64,000 nt of DNA. Source: Actinomycetota bacterium. GTDB taxonomy: Bacteria > Actinomycetota > Coriobacteriia > Anaerosomatales > JAUXNU01. The translations under genes were made by a program, and so were the position numbers. How positions within the stretch are numbered: position 1 is the first letter of the stretch; each line of letters starts with the position of its first letter. The notes beneath the pieces were generated by a model. It was not told where the DNA came from and searched no databases. It saw only the letters and a program-made list of their open reading frames with translations. Below are positions 38,958 to 51,426 of the stretch, one piece after another. The stretch spans positions 22,196-86,195 of the forward strand of contig JAUXNU010000151.1 of the NCBI GenBank assembly GCA_030682655.1, read 5' to 3'.

Positions 38958-39707
38958 TCAGATGATATGGCCGAGGAAGTCTTTGGTGCGCTCGTTCTGG
39001 GGGTTGTCGAAGACTTCGGACGGCGTGCCCTCTTCGACTATCACGCCCTCGTCCATGAATACGGCGCGGCTCGCGACGTCGCGCGCAAAGCCCATCTCGT
39101 GTGTCACGACGAGCATGGTCATTCCGGCGCGAGCAAGTTCCTTCATGACGTCGAGCACGCCGCGAACGAGCTCGGGGTCGAGCGCCGAGGTGACCTCGTC
39201 AAACAACATCACGTGTGGATCCATCGCAAGCGCCCGCGCGATTGCCACGCGCTGCTGCTGACCTCCGGAGAGCTGCGACGGGTAGTAGTCGACCCGGTCG
39301 CCCAAGTCGACCCTCTCGAGCTGCTCGATCGCGATGCGATCGGCCTCCTCCTTGGAACGGCCGAGCACCCTACGCTGCGCGAGCATGACGTTGCCCTTGG
39401 CAGTGAGGTGCGGGAACAGATTGAAGGACTGGAAGACCATGCCGATGCGCTCGCGCACCTCGTTGATGTCGGTCTTTGGGGCATTGACCTGGATGTCTTC
39501 GAGCCAGACCTCCCCGCCGGTGGGTTCTTCTAGCCGGTTCACGCATCGCAGCAACGTCGACTTCCCCGACCCTGACGGGCCAAGGATAACCACCACTTCG
39601 CCCTTGGTGACGTCCATGTCGACTCCGCGCAACACTTCGAGGTCGCCGAAGCGCTTATGCAGGTTCTTGATTCGCACCACCGGTTCGGAGTTCACCGTAC
39701 TGCTCAC
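38958..39707 (-). CDS. Polar amino acid ABC transporter ATP-binding protein
   Basis: '[13 protein letters not shown]', '[15 protein letters not shown]', '[11 protein letters not shown]'. Confidence 0.96.
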   Translation of the reverse strand: MSSTVNSEPVVRIKNLHKRFGDLEVLRGVDMDVTKGEVVVILGPSGSGKSTLLRCVNRLEEPTGGEVWLEDIQVNAPKTDINEVRERIGMVFQSFNLFPHLTAKGNVMLAQRRVLGRSKEEADRIAIEQLERVDLGDRVDYYPSQLSGGQQQRVAIARALAMDPHVMLFDEVTSALDPELVRGVLDVMKELARAGMTMLVVTHEMGFARDVASRAVFMDEGVIVEEGTPSEVFDNPQNERTKDFLGHII

Positions 39708-40984
39708 GGGCGATCACCCACAGTCTTCGGAGTCGAATCACCGGGCGCTATCGCGTGCTCGGACTCGATCGGTTCAGGCATGAGCGCCTCTCGCGCGCCG
39801 CCCCCGCCACCCTCCGCTTCAGCGAGCCTACTCTCGAGACCAGCGACGAAGCGCCCGAGCGGAATTGTCACCACGAGATAGAAGCCTGCCGCAAGCATGT
39901 ATGGCGTCGTGTTGAACTTGGCGGCCGAAATCTCCTTGGCCTTGAGCGCCATCTCCGCCAAACCGACTGCAGCGAGCAAGGCGGTGTCTTTGAACAGAAG
40001 AATGAACTCACTCATCATCGTCGGCAGAATGCGCCGAACGGTCTGCGGAATGATGACGTAGGCCATGGCCTGCGGCGTCGACATCCCGAGAGAGCGCGCG
40101 GCCTCCATCTGGCCCTTGTGAATCGACTGGATGCCAGCACGGAAGATCTCGGCCATGTACGCCGCGGAGTTCAGGCTCAGAACCACGTATGCACGCATGT
40201 ACAGTGTGTTCGTGATGCCGAAGAGGCCCGCCTGGTTGAGCCAGGGTACCGTTTCGGTAAGCGTCTTGTAGGCCGGCATCAGCGGGAGTCCGAAGAATAC
40301 GAGCAGAATCTGCAGGAATAGCGGTGTGCCTCGGATGATGTCGACGTAGATCGTCGCCGGCCATCGCGCCCACCGCGTCCTCGCCATCTTCATGAACGAC
40401 AGGATCAGACCGAACGGAATCGCGAAAGCGAAAGACACGAGCACGATGGCCAGGGAGACGGGAAACGCCTTGGCTATGATGGGGAATGACTCTTGCGCAA
40501 CCTGCGGCGACAGGAACTGGTGCGTCACGGTGGACGACTCCCACCAGTCGTAGAACGCTGCGAAGCCTTCGGGTCCCGTGCCGAAGCGAATCTCGTAGTC
40601 CCCAATTACCAGGACATCGCCGTCGCTCAAGGGCGCCTGGTCGAACACGTCGCCGTTCAATCGGACGGCCTGTGTGCTCTCCCCGCTCGCCACAACGCGC
40701 CACGACGGCTGCTCCCCGGCCTCTTCGGCAGGCACCCGTTCGAGAGTCGCGACTACGCCGCTCTCGATGCCGGAAGTGATGCGCACGTCTCCGAGGCGGC
40801 CGATGGTCGCCTCGGGCTCGGTGAGCCGATACACGGATTCGCGAGCCTCTGCCGCCCGTGTGGCTTCGGTGTTGCGGAAGAACACGCGGTCGGGGCGCTG
40901 CATCGTCAGCAGTTGCCATGCTAGAACCCCGACAACCAGCGCGGCGATTGCGACGGTGAGGGTTCTGCGCTGCCTGCGAGTCAA
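39704..40984 (-). CDS. Polar amino acid ABC permease with an N-terminal FHA-like domain
   Basis: '[10 protein letters not shown]', '[11 protein letters not shown]', EAA motif '[10 protein letters not shown]'; extra domain of about 95 aa after the first TM. Confidence 0.92.
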   Translation of the reverse strand: MTRRQRRTLTVAIAALVVGVLAWQLLTMQRPDRVFFRNTEATRAAEARESVYRLTEPEATIGRLGDVRITSGIESGVVATLERVPAEEAGEQPSWRVVASGESTQAVRLNGDVFDQAPLSDGDVLVIGDYEIRFGTGPEGFAAFYDWWESSTVTHQFLSPQVAQESFPIIAKAFPVSLAIVLVSFAFAIPFGLILSFMKMARTRWARWPATIYVDIIRGTPLFLQILLVFFGLPLMPAYKTLTETVPWLNQAGLFGITNTLYMRAYVVLSLNSAAYMAEIFRAGIQSIHKGQMEAARSLGMSTPQAMAYVIIPQTVRRILPTMMSEFILLFKDTALLAAVGLAEMALKAKEISAAKFNTTPYMLAAGFYLVVTIPLGRFVAGLESRLAEAEGGGGGAREALMPEPIESEHAIAPGDSTPKTVGDRP

Positions 40985-41014
40985 CGGACCTGCCTCTGCG
41001 GGTCGACAATCAGA

Positions 41015-41049
41015 CTGCGGGGTCGGCGGTCACACCGCCGACCCCGCAG
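41015..41049. repeat. Perfect 15-bp stem-loop between the binding-protein and permease genes
   Basis: CTGCGGGGTCGGCGG-TCACA-CCGCCGACCCCGCAG; position typical of mRNA-stabilising or attenuating hairpins in ABC operons. Confidence 0.8.
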
Positions 41050-41068
41050 TCCAGCAAACCGATACGTG

Positions 41069-41947
41069 CTAGTCGGCTTTCTTCACCGTAAGCGACTGAT
41101 TGTTCCAGATGTAGATCTCGGAGAAGTCGACTGACTGCGAGCGCTCCGCTCCCAGGTCGCCCGTGGAGGTCATGCCCGACGCGATCATGTCGAACTCCGC
41201 CCCGGCCTTCATCGCAGGTACCAGAGCGTCGAAGTTGTATGTCTTGAATTCGACCTGAACGCCGAGCTTCTCGCCAATCGCAGTTGCGAGATCAACGTCA
41301 AAGCCGACGATCTTGTCGCCTTCAACGTTCTCGAACGGCGGGAACGATGTGTCCGAGCCGACCATGATCTTGCCGGGAACGATCAGCTTGAGTTCGGCGG
41401 CCGGCTTCGTGAAGCCGCTCGCGTCCGGAAGGGACATCGGAGCCTCGCCAAGCCACTTCTCGTAGATCTCGGCGTAGCTACCATCGGCCACGCACTCCTG
41501 CAGACCCCAGTTGATTGCGTCACGCAGTGCGGAATTCTCCTTGTTGAATGCGAAGCCATAGCCTTCGTCGGTCACGATCTCCTCGACGACTTCGATGCCG
41601 AGCGTCTGATCCTTGGCGACGTCGAGAGATATGGTTATGTCGTTGATGACGCCGACCACGTCGCCAGCCTGCAGTGCCTGGAACGCACCGAGAACGTCGT
41701 TGTACGGCACTACCTCGACGCCCTTGGGCACCAGATTCTCCTTGGCCCATGCTTCGCCCGTCGTACCGGACTGCACGCCGACCTTGTCGCCGGACTTGAG
41801 GTCATCGACACTCATGATGCCGGTTGCCTCTTCGGTGGTTTCCTCGGTCTTGGTTCCCTCGTCGCTGCTGCAACCGGCTACGCCAAGAACGGCGAGCGCC
41901 AGAACAACAATCAGCGAAAGAGCGAGAAACTTCCGTGCTTTCTCCAT
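41069..41947 (-). CDS. Family-3 amino acid-binding lipoprotein, circularly permuted
   Basis: Lipobox VAGC; 'DL...KVGVQSGTT...YGFAF...IYEKWL' precedes 'VGSDTSFPPF...GFDVDLA...ERSQSVDFS'. Confidence 0.9.
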   Translation of the reverse strand: MEKARKFLALSLIVVLALAVLGVAGCSSDEGTKTEETTEEATGIMSVDDLKSGDKVGVQSGTTGEAWAKENLVPKGVEVVPYNDVLGAFQALQAGDVVGVINDITISLDVAKDQTLGIEVVEEIVTDEGYGFAFNKENSALRDAINWGLQECVADGSYAEIYEKWLGEAPMSLPDASGFTKPAAELKLIVPGKIMVGSDTSFPPFENVEGDKIVGFDVDLATAIGEKLGVQVEFKTYNFDALVPAMKAGAEFDMIASGMTSTGDLGAERSQSVDFSEIYIWNNQSLTVKKAD

Positions 41948-42110
41948 CTTTCCTCCTCTAGGACTTGTGCCTCCACGCGAACTCCACTACGTGTGAACGC
42001 CCACGAATAACCGACTACGAACGATACACCATCGAGTGAATGATGTGAAAACGCGGGCGGCATATGCAGAAACACCCGCGCTCTATGCACCGACAGAAAC
42101 GGCGGGCTTC

Positions 42111-42944
42111 CTACGACGTCGATGCTTCCTCAACCGTCAACTCAGGAAGCTCCCCGACCCACTTCTTGCGGAGCGTATCTAGGACGCCGTTTGCGGCAAG
42201 AGTATCCAGGGCCTGACGCACGGCCCCCTCGAGCTCCGTGTTCTCGACAGCCACCGCCACTCCGAGAGCGGTCGCAGTGCCCGCCTGCCCGGCATAGCGC
42301 ACGGTCGGGTAGTCCCGGGCGATGTAGGCCGCGACTACCGCGTCGCCGCACACGACGTCCACCGAACCGTCCGACAGGGCCTGGAGCGCCTCCCGAAGGG
42401 TCGGGAAGGCCTCTGCGGCACCCTCGCCGTACTCGTACTCGAGAGCCCAGAACGCCTCCGAGCCCTTCTGCGCACCGATAGTCATGCCGCCGACCGAGTC
42501 GATCGTGAGCGTCTCGACCACCGAGCCTGTCTCCTCGGCGGAAACGAAGAAGCCGGGGCCATTGTCGATGTATGTGCCTGCGAAAGTGGATTCCGTGATC
42601 GCACGTTCGGTGAACGGCACCGACATCGCGATGTCGGCATTCCCCGCTTTCAACTCTTGCAGACCCCAGTCCTTGGCGTTGACTACCTCGAGTTCAAGTC
42701 CTAGCTCAGCAGCGAGCGCGCCCGCGATATCGATGTCCAGTCCGGCCTGGCGACCCTTGTCCGTGCCCGCGAAGGGAGGGTAGTCGAGATCGACCGTAGC
42801 GCGCAGGACGCCCGCTGTCCCTATCGTCGGGGGTGCGACCTGCGGCTCGAGTACGACCACGGGCTCGCTCTTGGTGCAGCCCGCAACAGCACCCAGACCC
42901 ATGCACATCACCACGACCAGCACTGCTAGCGCGATTCGGCGCAT
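42111..42944 (-). CDS. Family-3 solute-binding lipoprotein (canonical order)
   Basis: Lipobox VAGC; 'DYPPFAG...GLDIDIA' first, 'LRKKWVG' last; RBS GGGAG. Confidence 0.9.
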   Translation of the reverse strand: MRRIALAVLVVVMCMGLGAVAGCTKSEPVVVLEPQVAPPTIGTAGVLRATVDLDYPPFAGTDKGRQAGLDIDIAGALAAELGLELEVVNAKDWGLQELKAGNADIAMSVPFTERAITESTFAGTYIDNGPGFFVSAEETGSVVETLTIDSVGGMTIGAQKGSEAFWALEYEYGEGAAEAFPTLREALQALSDGSVDVVCGDAVVAAYIARDYPTVRYAGQAGTATALGVAVAVENTELEGAVRQALDTLAANGVLDTLRKKWVGELPELTVEEASTS

Positions 42945-42968
42945 CTCGCTCCCTTCGTACGGCAGTCT

Positions 42969-43223
42969 CGGTGCTTTCACCCGGCTGACCTGGTCTTTGA
43001 CCCCACACTCGCATACCGGAGCTTTCGCTTGATGCGATCTCACTAGCGGCCCTCTCGCCCGCCAGCCAGGATGGCTGGACCGGACGGTACGACTTACCCC
43101 TAAGACGCGCCATGCTCGCGCGACGGCCGAAACCGCCGGCTTACGTGGGTCCTTTCGGCCGCGTCTACCATGGACTAGGATCGCTTGCGCGACCCGCAAC
43201 CACAGACCCGAGTGAAAGCACCG
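42969..43223 (-). ncRNA. raiA-motif RNA
   Basis: Recognised conserved blocks GUGGUUG, CCACGUAAG, GAGCAUGG-GCG-CUUAG-GUAAGUC, GGCGAGAG, UAGUGAGA, GCGAGUGUGGGGUCAAAGACCAGGUCA; 16-bp closing helix; typical context downstream of comF and upstream of binding-protein and raiA genes. Confidence 0.9.
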
Positions 43224-43226
43224 TGG

Positions 43227-43235
43227 ATTCTACCA
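43227..43235 (-). promoter_or_regulatory. Extended -10 promoter (TGGTAGAAT) of the raiA RNA, overlapping the comF stop codon
   Basis: Lies directly before the 5' arm of the RNA closing helix. Confidence 0.65.
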
Positions 43236-43907
43236 TGCGCGGGCCACAACCCCCACCACGATGGCCTCGGCGCCTGCCGACCGCAGGACCCTGGAGGCCG
43301 CGTCTGCCGTGGCCCCCGTCGTCATGACGTCGTCGAGCAGGAGGACACTCGCGGGCACGCGCGCGCCAGGCACGAGCGACAACGAGCCGCCGATGTTCGC
43401 GCGGCGGTCTCCTCGGCCAAGTCCGCGTTGATCGCGTGCGCGACCGGGCTCAAGCGCCGAGACGATGGGGATGCCGCTCGCGCGGGAAACCTCCTGCGCG
43501 ATGAGGGCGACGTGGTCGAAGCCTCGACGGACGACTGCCGCGCGCGACGCGGGCACGGGCACCAGGGCGTCGAAACCCGGGGATGCGGACTCGACCGCGT
43601 GCCAAAGCAGCTCACCGAGTACGCGGCAGAGCCTGCGCTCGCCGCCGTCCTTGTACAGCGTGATGGCGCGGGACAGTGGACGCTCGAGGAGGCCGACCGC
43701 ACACGTCGCGTCGAACGCGAGCTCCTGGTTCCAGCACTCGGTGCACACGAGCCAGCCGAATGGCGCAGCGCACCGGGGGCACGGGTACCCAGGGTTGATG
43801 GACGCGACGGCGTTTCTGCACGAAAGGCAGAGCAATGAGCCCGGTAGTTCACATCCTGCGCACCGGGTGGGACAGATGGTCTCGAGCAGACCCTCGAGCA
43901 GGCTCAC
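43230..43907 (-). CDS. comF: ComF-family protein (zinc ribbon plus PRTase domain)
   Basis: 'CAGC...CLSC...CPRC...CTEC', 'RRGFDH', 'LLLDDVMTTGAT'. Confidence 0.92.
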   Translation of the reverse strand: MSLLEGLLETICPTRCAGCELPGSLLCLSCRNAVASINPGYPCPRCAAPFGWLVCTECWNQELAFDATCAVGLLERPLSRAITLYKDGGERRLCRVLGELLWHAVESASPGFDALVPVPASRAAVVRRGFDHVALIAQEVSRASGIPIVSALEPGRARDQRGLGRGDRRANIGGSLSLVPGARVPASVLLLDDVMTTGATADAASRVLRSAGAEAIVVGVVARAW

Positions 43908-43928
43908 GCAGCCTCCCGGCACATGGCG

Positions 43929-44843
43929 CTAGGAGACGAGCACCTGCCAAAGCGGAATCGTCGCGATGGACGCGACAGTCGTGACGAGTATCGCCGAGGC
44001 GATGAAGTCCGTATCGAGGCGGAATCGCGCACCGATCACCAGCGTCAGCATCATCGACGGCACCCCTGCTTCGAGCACGACGAGCCTCAGAGCCGCCGGG
44101 TCCTTCAGAACGAACGAGCCGACCCCCCACGCCACGGCCGGCGCCACCGCAAGGCGCAGCAGCGCGAGCGCACCCAGGGGAAGTGCATGTTCACGCAGTG
44201 TGCCCAGCCTCAGCGATATTCCGACCGAAATCATGATGAGCGGCACGACCAGTGTGGCGAGCGCGTCTATCGCATTGCTTACAGAAGTCGGAACGGCGAC
44301 CTGCTGCAGAAGGAGTCCTGCGAAAAGCGCGATGACCGCCGGGAACGCAAGTGCCTCGCGGATCGGATTGATCGGGCGCTCCCCGCTCGACCCGAACCTC
44401 TCCGCAATGAACAGGCCCACGAACAGGAGCGCCGCGACCGTGCCGAACACGTCGTAGAAGATGGCCTGCACCAGGCCCGCGTCGCCGAGGACCGCCTGCG
44501 AGATCGGGTACCCGATATAGCCGGTGTTGCCGAGAGCCGCGGCAAGCACGAACCCCCCGCACACGACGCGCGGCAGCTTCAGCGCAGAACACGCGAGCCA
44601 CGCGAGCGCCGCTATCGCGATGAAACAGACCCAGGCGACCGCCGCGATGCCGAGAAGCTGCCGATCGAGCGACGCGTTGTACACCGCGCGGAAAATCATC
44701 GCGGGCAATCCCGCGTAGATGATGACGTTGTTGATCGGGCGGGCGTCCTCGGCTTTCAGGACCCCGAACCGGCGCAATAGCCAGCCCACGCCGACGATCG
44801 CCACGAAGGACAGGATGATCCGCGCAAGTTCGGCAGCGTCCAC
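43929..44843 (-). CDS. AEC (auxin efflux carrier) family transporter
   Basis: 'GNTGYIGYP', 'EAGVPS', 'STV/TTVAS' pattern, about 10 TMs. Confidence 0.88.
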   Translation of the reverse strand: MDAAELARIILSFVAIVGVGWLLRRFGVLKAEDARPINNVIIYAGLPAMIFRAVYNASLDRQLLGIAAVAWVCFIAIAALAWLACSALKLPRVVCGGFVLAAALGNTGYIGYPISQAVLGDAGLVQAIFYDVFGTVAALLFVGLFIAERFGSSGERPINPIREALAFPAVIALFAGLLLQQVAVPTSVSNAIDALATLVVPLIMISVGISLRLGTLREHALPLGALALLRLAVAPAVAWGVGSFVLKDPAALRLVVLEAGVPSMMLTLVIGARFRLDTDFIASAILVTTVASIATIPLWQVLVS

Positions 44844-44847
44844 GAGG

Positions 44848-46104
44848 CTACCCGTCTATTGTGACCTCGTTGATGCCGCCCGCTCCCATGCACAGCATCG
44901 CCAAAGACATCTCGTAGTCCGGTCGCGCAACGCCGCGCTCGGTGATTATGGCGGTGATGTAGCGAGCTGGCGTGACGTCGAAGGCCGGGTTGAACACGGG
45001 AACGTTCAACGGCGCCATCCGGGCCCAACCGTCCAGCTGATACGCACCCCCGCGTCGGGTGACCAGCAGCTCATGGCCCCGCGGCAGGTCGAATTCGTAG
45101 TCACCGAACTCCGTGAGCGCGTCGAGCGCGCGGGTCGCCTCGGGCGTGGGAGATTCGAACGTCGAGGACCACGTAACACCCGTGACTTCCTCCTCCGGGC
45201 GCTGCTCGATGGGAATGGTGCTCCCATCAGAAGTCAGTAGATCCACCGACGAGCTCGGTGCCGCCACGTAGAACGGGATGTTGTGCTCGTGCGCGAGAAT
45301 CGCAAGTCCGTAGGTTCCGATCTTGTTGGCGACGTCGCCGTTGGCCGCGATCCTGTCCGCTCCGACGATGACCGCGTCCACGAAGGGCTTGTCGTCCTCA
45401 TCGCGCAGGTTCATGACCCACGACGCCGCGCTGTCGGTGATGAGCGCGCACGGGATCTCCGCCATCATGAGCTCCCACGCCGTCAGGCGGGCGCCCTGCA
45501 TGACCGGCCGCGTCTCGTCGATCCAAACGTGATCGATCTTGCCCTGCTCGTGGGCCGTGTAGATCACTCCGAGAGCGGTGCCGAAGTACGCCGTTGCCAA
45601 GGACCCCGCATTGCAGTGAGTCAGGATCTTCGATCCCGGCTCGATCAGCTCGGCACCGTGCTCGCCAAGCTTGCGGTTGCGTTCCTCGTCCTCGGCGAGC
45701 ATCTTCTCCGCTTCTGCCAGGAGCATGGCACGCAGGTCGGAGACGGGGAGCACGTCATTGCCCCACGCAAGCCGCCTGAGGCGCTCCGCACCCCACAGCA
45801 GGTTGATCGCGGTCGGCCTGGTCTCGACGATCTCTTGCACGACCTCTTCGAGCCTGCCAAGGAACTGCTCGGTACTCCAGTCGTCCTCGGCTTCGTTCTG
45901 GGCCCACGCCGCGATTCCGAGCGCCGCTGCCACCCCGAGCGCCGGAGCGCCACGCACGGCCATGCCCTTGATGGCCCAACACACGCCGGTGTGCGTGTCG
46001 CACTCGAGAATGTCGCCAACAAGGGGCAGGCGGGACTGATCGATCAGTCTGACCTTCCCGTCTTCCCACCAGATCGTGCGCGGAATGCGGTCTTCGATGC
46101 TCAT
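44848..46104 (-). CDS. mtnA: S-methyl-5-thioribose-1-phosphate isomerase with an internal insertion
   Basis: 'MAVRGAPALG', 'TRPTAINL', 'LTHCNAGSLA', 'ETRPVMQGARLTAWEL', 'NPAFDVTP'. Confidence 0.95.
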   Translation of the reverse strand: MSIEDRIPRTIWWEDGKVRLIDQSRLPLVGDILECDTHTGVCWAIKGMAVRGAPALGVAAALGIAAWAQNEAEDDWSTEQFLGRLEEVVQEIVETRPTAINLLWGAERLRRLAWGNDVLPVSDLRAMLLAEAEKMLAEDEERNRKLGEHGAELIEPGSKILTHCNAGSLATAYFGTALGVIYTAHEQGKIDHVWIDETRPVMQGARLTAWELMMAEIPCALITDSAASWVMNLRDEDDKPFVDAVIVGADRIAANGDVANKIGTYGLAILAHEHNIPFYVAAPSSSVDLLTSDGSTIPIEQRPEEEVTGVTWSSTFESPTPEATRALDALTEFGDYEFDLPRGHELLVTRRGGAYQLDGWARMAPLNVPVFNPAFDVTPARYITAIITERGVARPDYEMSLAMLCMGAGGINEVTIDG

Positions 46105-46171
46105 TGCGGCTCCTTGCCTGGTCGTACGGAATCTGTCATCGGAGACATGCGGTCTCCGGTTCGTCACCGAT

Positions 46172-48302
<2,131 letters not shown>

Positions 48303-48323
48303 CGCGTCCTCCGGTTCCAAAGG

Positions 48324-49481
48324 CTACGGGCGCAGACCCTCGTAGGCTCGTATGAGGCGCGCCGAGGCGGCCTCCCAGTTCAGTCCCGCATCCACGATTC
48401 CCCGGCCGCGCTCGCCCATGCGTGCCGCCTCGTCGGGATCGTCGCGCAGCCGGACAAGGGCGTCCGCGATGCCGTCGGGGTCGCCCTCCCGGACCGCAAG
48501 ACCGATGCCATGCTGCTCGACGTAGTCAGCAACCCACGTGCCTTTCGATACGAGCACCGGCACGCCGAGCGCCATGCCCTCCATGGCTTTCACCGGGAAG
48601 TGCGTCCGGTAGTTGCCGTACGTCGTGTCGTAGACGGCATAGACCACATCGCATCCCTCGTAGAGCGCGGGAATCTCGTCGTAGGCGACCCGACCGCGCG
48701 TCTCGACGCGCTCGTACCGGGTTCCCAGCCGTTCGATATCGTCGGCCGCCGTGCCTCCGCCTGCAAGCAGCGCGCTCATGTCGGCGTGCGGCTCGATCGC
48801 CCTCATGAGCGCCTCGAGCTGCGACACGCTTCGCTTCTGGCCGATGAAACAGACTTTGAACGGATCGCCGGCCTCGCGCTGACGGCTAGCGGGCTCGAAA
48901 CGATCGCGCTCGGGGGCGTTCTCGACTATCGCAAGCCGTGGATCGTCCTCGGCAAGACCCGCGACGAGAGACACCTGTCCGGGGTTCGCAACGACGACGA
49001 GGGAAGACCTGCGCACGCCACGGCGCTCGTACGACTTCACAGCCCCGCGTGCCGCAATGCCTTTCCAGCCTCGCTGGGGGATCATCTTGCTTTGCGCATA
49101 TAGTTCGTGCAGGTCCACGACCAGATGCGCCCCATCGAGTCGCCGCACGGCTCGCGTGCCGACCGGGATGGCGTCGGCGTCGTGGCAGTGCACGACATGG
49201 GGAGCGAGATCCGCGACGGCATCCGTCGCCCCCGACCAGAACCGCTGGTATGCATCGAGGTTGCCCAGGCCCGCTCCATGACGCGCGACCGGCCCGACTC
49301 GGTGGAGTCGCCAACCACCGGCGCGTGTCTCCTTGGCGGGGAGGGTCTGCGAGCGGTCCCACGCGACCACGGTCACGTCCCATCCCGCGTCGACGAGCGC
49401 ACGGGCTTCCTTCTCCACCCGCGGGTCGGCGGAACCGTCGTTCGAGAGCACCATCGCGACGGAGGGACGCACGTCACCCAT
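48324..49481 (-). CDS. GT4 glycosyltransferase
   Basis: 'DPRVEKEARAL', 'HCHDAD', 'FPVKAMEGMALGVPV'. Confidence 0.9.
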   Translation of the reverse strand: MGDVRPSVAMVLSNDGSADPRVEKEARALVDAGWDVTVVAWDRSQTLPAKETRAGGWRLHRVGPVARHGAGLGNLDAYQRFWSGATDAVADLAPHVVHCHDADAIPVGTRAVRRLDGAHLVVDLHELYAQSKMIPQRGWKGIAARGAVKSYERRGVRRSSLVVVANPGQVSLVAGLAEDDPRLAIVENAPERDRFEPASRQREAGDPFKVCFIGQKRSVSQLEALMRAIEPHADMSALLAGGGTAADDIERLGTRYERVETRGRVAYDEIPALYEGCDVVYAVYDTTYGNYRTHFPVKAMEGMALGVPVLVSKGTWVADYVEQHGIGLAVREGDPDGIADALVRLRDDPDEAARMGERGRGIVDAGLNWEAASARLIRAYEGLRP

Positions 49482-50679
49482 CGGAAGCCCCCTTCCCGCC
49501 GGCGACGTCGCGGTACAGGCCCAGCAGCTGTGCGCCGACAGCGGCACGTCCGAAACGCGCGGTCACACTGCGTGAGATCGCTTCGGGATCGAAGGTCCCG
49601 AGCCTATCGAGCGCCTGCTCGATCCCTTCGGCGAGGGCGTCGACCCGACCGGGCACGACCAAGACGCCCGTCTCCGGCGTCAGGATCTCGCCGGGGCCGC
49701 CGCTGTCCGTGGCAACCGCCGGCAATCCCGTCGCCATAGCTTCCACGAGCGCCAGTCCGAACCCCTCGCGACGTGAGGCCTGCACGTAGAGGTCGGCGCG
49801 ATGCATGGCCGCCAACATGGCCTCTCCTGTGAGAGCACCGAGAAATCTCACGTGATCACCAAGTGAGAGCGCGGCAGCCTTCACGCGCAGGTCCCCTTCG
49901 AGAGCGCCGCCTCCAACGATTTGGAGCTCGATGTCAGACCCGTCTGTGATGATCCGGGCAACAGCCTCGAGAAGCAGGTCGTGGCCCTTCTCGGGCACGA
50001 GCCGACCGATAGAGAGGAGTCGCGTGGGTCCACCGTGCGTCTCTCGCACGTACGGAGCATAGATGCCGTCGTCGAATGCGTCCGGGATCACCCGGACGTG
50101 CTCTCGGGCGATTCCCAGTTCGCGAACGCAGTCCTCGGCGAGTTGCGTCCCGACGCACACCACCGCTGCGGCGCGCGACGCTGCATCGCACAGAGCGGCC
50201 GTCCATGACGGCTTCGCGAGGTTGGAGTACAGATCGGAACCGTGCACGGTGACGATCACGGGCACACCAGTCCGACCGGCCAAGGAGACTGCCGCCGCGC
50301 CGCTCGGGTAGAGCTCGTGCGCGTGAACGAAGTCGGGGCGGTGTCTTTCGAGCGCACGCGCGAAAGCGGCTGCCGACGCACGCGCCATCGACGCCGAGAC
50401 GGTCGCATAGAGAGCGCGGCGCGGCAAGACCGGGTACCTTGGGCGGTCGACATGCCAGCCGAACATCGTGTCCGGACCAGTCACATAGGGTCGCCCAGAC
50501 ACCCCGGAAAGTGCCCGCGGCACCCACGGCACCGGGGCGATGGCACGCCACGCGACATCGGTGTCGGTCGCGCGCATCTGCTCGACAACGAACGTCCCTC
50601 GATGAGGCTGAGAGGGGTTGGGAAACTGCCTGGTGAACACCAGGCCGCGCAGCGACGCTGAGTCCGCCGGGCGTGTCAC
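49474..50679 (-). CDS. GT4 glycosyltransferase (TuaC-like)
   Basis: 'FPNPSQPHRGTFV', 'EKGHDLL', 'EGFGLALVEAMATGLP'. Confidence 0.92.
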   Translation of the reverse strand: MTRPADSASLRGLVFTRQFPNPSQPHRGTFVVEQMRATDTDVAWRAIAPVPWVPRALSGVSGRPYVTGPDTMFGWHVDRPRYPVLPRRALYATVSASMARASAAAFARALERHRPDFVHAHELYPSGAAAVSLAGRTGVPVIVTVHGSDLYSNLAKPSWTAALCDAASRAAAVVCVGTQLAEDCVRELGIAREHVRVIPDAFDDGIYAPYVRETHGGPTRLLSIGRLVPEKGHDLLLEAVARIITDGSDIELQIVGGGALEGDLRVKAAALSLGDHVRFLGALTGEAMLAAMHRADLYVQASRREGFGLALVEAMATGLPAVATDSGGPGEILTPETGVLVVPGRVDALAEGIEQALDRLGTFDPEAISRSVTARFGRAAVGAQLLGLYRDVAGGKGASDG

Positions 50680-50685
50680 TGTCGC

Positions 50686-51426
50686 CTAGCCCGCAGCGCC
50701 CGCACGAGGACGCCTCATGCGCTCGCGCAGGCCCGCCAACACCACACCAATGAAGAGACCGAGGAGTCCACCCGCGGCGACGTTCTTCGCCGCGCTCGAC
50801 CCAACTGCGGTCTTGGACACCGAGGGCTCCCCGGGGTAGGTGTAGGCGGTCTTCATGAAGTCGAGCGCGGCCTGATCCGTCTGCATTGCGCGCTCGATGT
50901 TCCACGCACTCGCTGCGGATGTCTGGCCCGGCAAGGAGTGCTTCTCGAGCTGCACGATAGCCTCTTCCGACGAGTCGATGAGCGCCTGCAGGCGCTCATA
51001 CTCCGGCCGGGCAAGTTCGTTCTCGGCGGCAACAACCTCCGTGGCAGCCGCGTCGACAATCTCCTTGGCGGTGTCCTGCTCGGGGCCGGTGAAGGTGACG
51101 ACGACCTTGTCCTGGGGATTGCCGCTCGTGAACGCGTTGAGCCCGGACTTCACGGTCGCGGCATCCTCTCCGACGACTGCGGCGACCTTCTCCGCCAACT
51201 CGGCGGTCTTGGCCAACGACATCACCTCATCGGGCTTGGGCAACCGTGCGTAGCTCGCGATGCTCACGTTGTCCACGCGCACGGTCGCCTTGGCCTGGTA
51301 GGTGATGGTCTCGCTCGACCCGACGGCGAAGGCCACTCCGGCGGCAACAACGGCCACGACAGCGACGACCCACCAATGGCGGCGTATGATCTCGATCCAC
51401 TTGGCAACGGTGGTCTCAGTTGACAC
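50686..51426 (-). CDS. Wzz/CpsC-like chain-length determinant
   Basis: 'IIRRHWWVV' TM, 'YQAKATV', coiled region, C-terminal TM 'GGLLGLFIGVVLA'. Confidence 0.75.
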   Translation of the reverse strand: MSTETTVAKWIEIIRRHWWVVAVVAVVAAGVAFAVGSSETITYQAKATVRVDNVSIASYARLPKPDEVMSLAKTAELAEKVAAVVGEDAATVKSGLNAFTSGNPQDKVVVTFTGPEQDTAKEIVDAAATEVVAAENELARPEYERLQALIDSSEEAIVQLEKHSLPGQTSAASAWNIERAMQTDQAALDFMKTAYTYPGEPSVSKTAVGSSAAKNVAAGGLLGLFIGVVLAGLRERMRRPRAGAAG

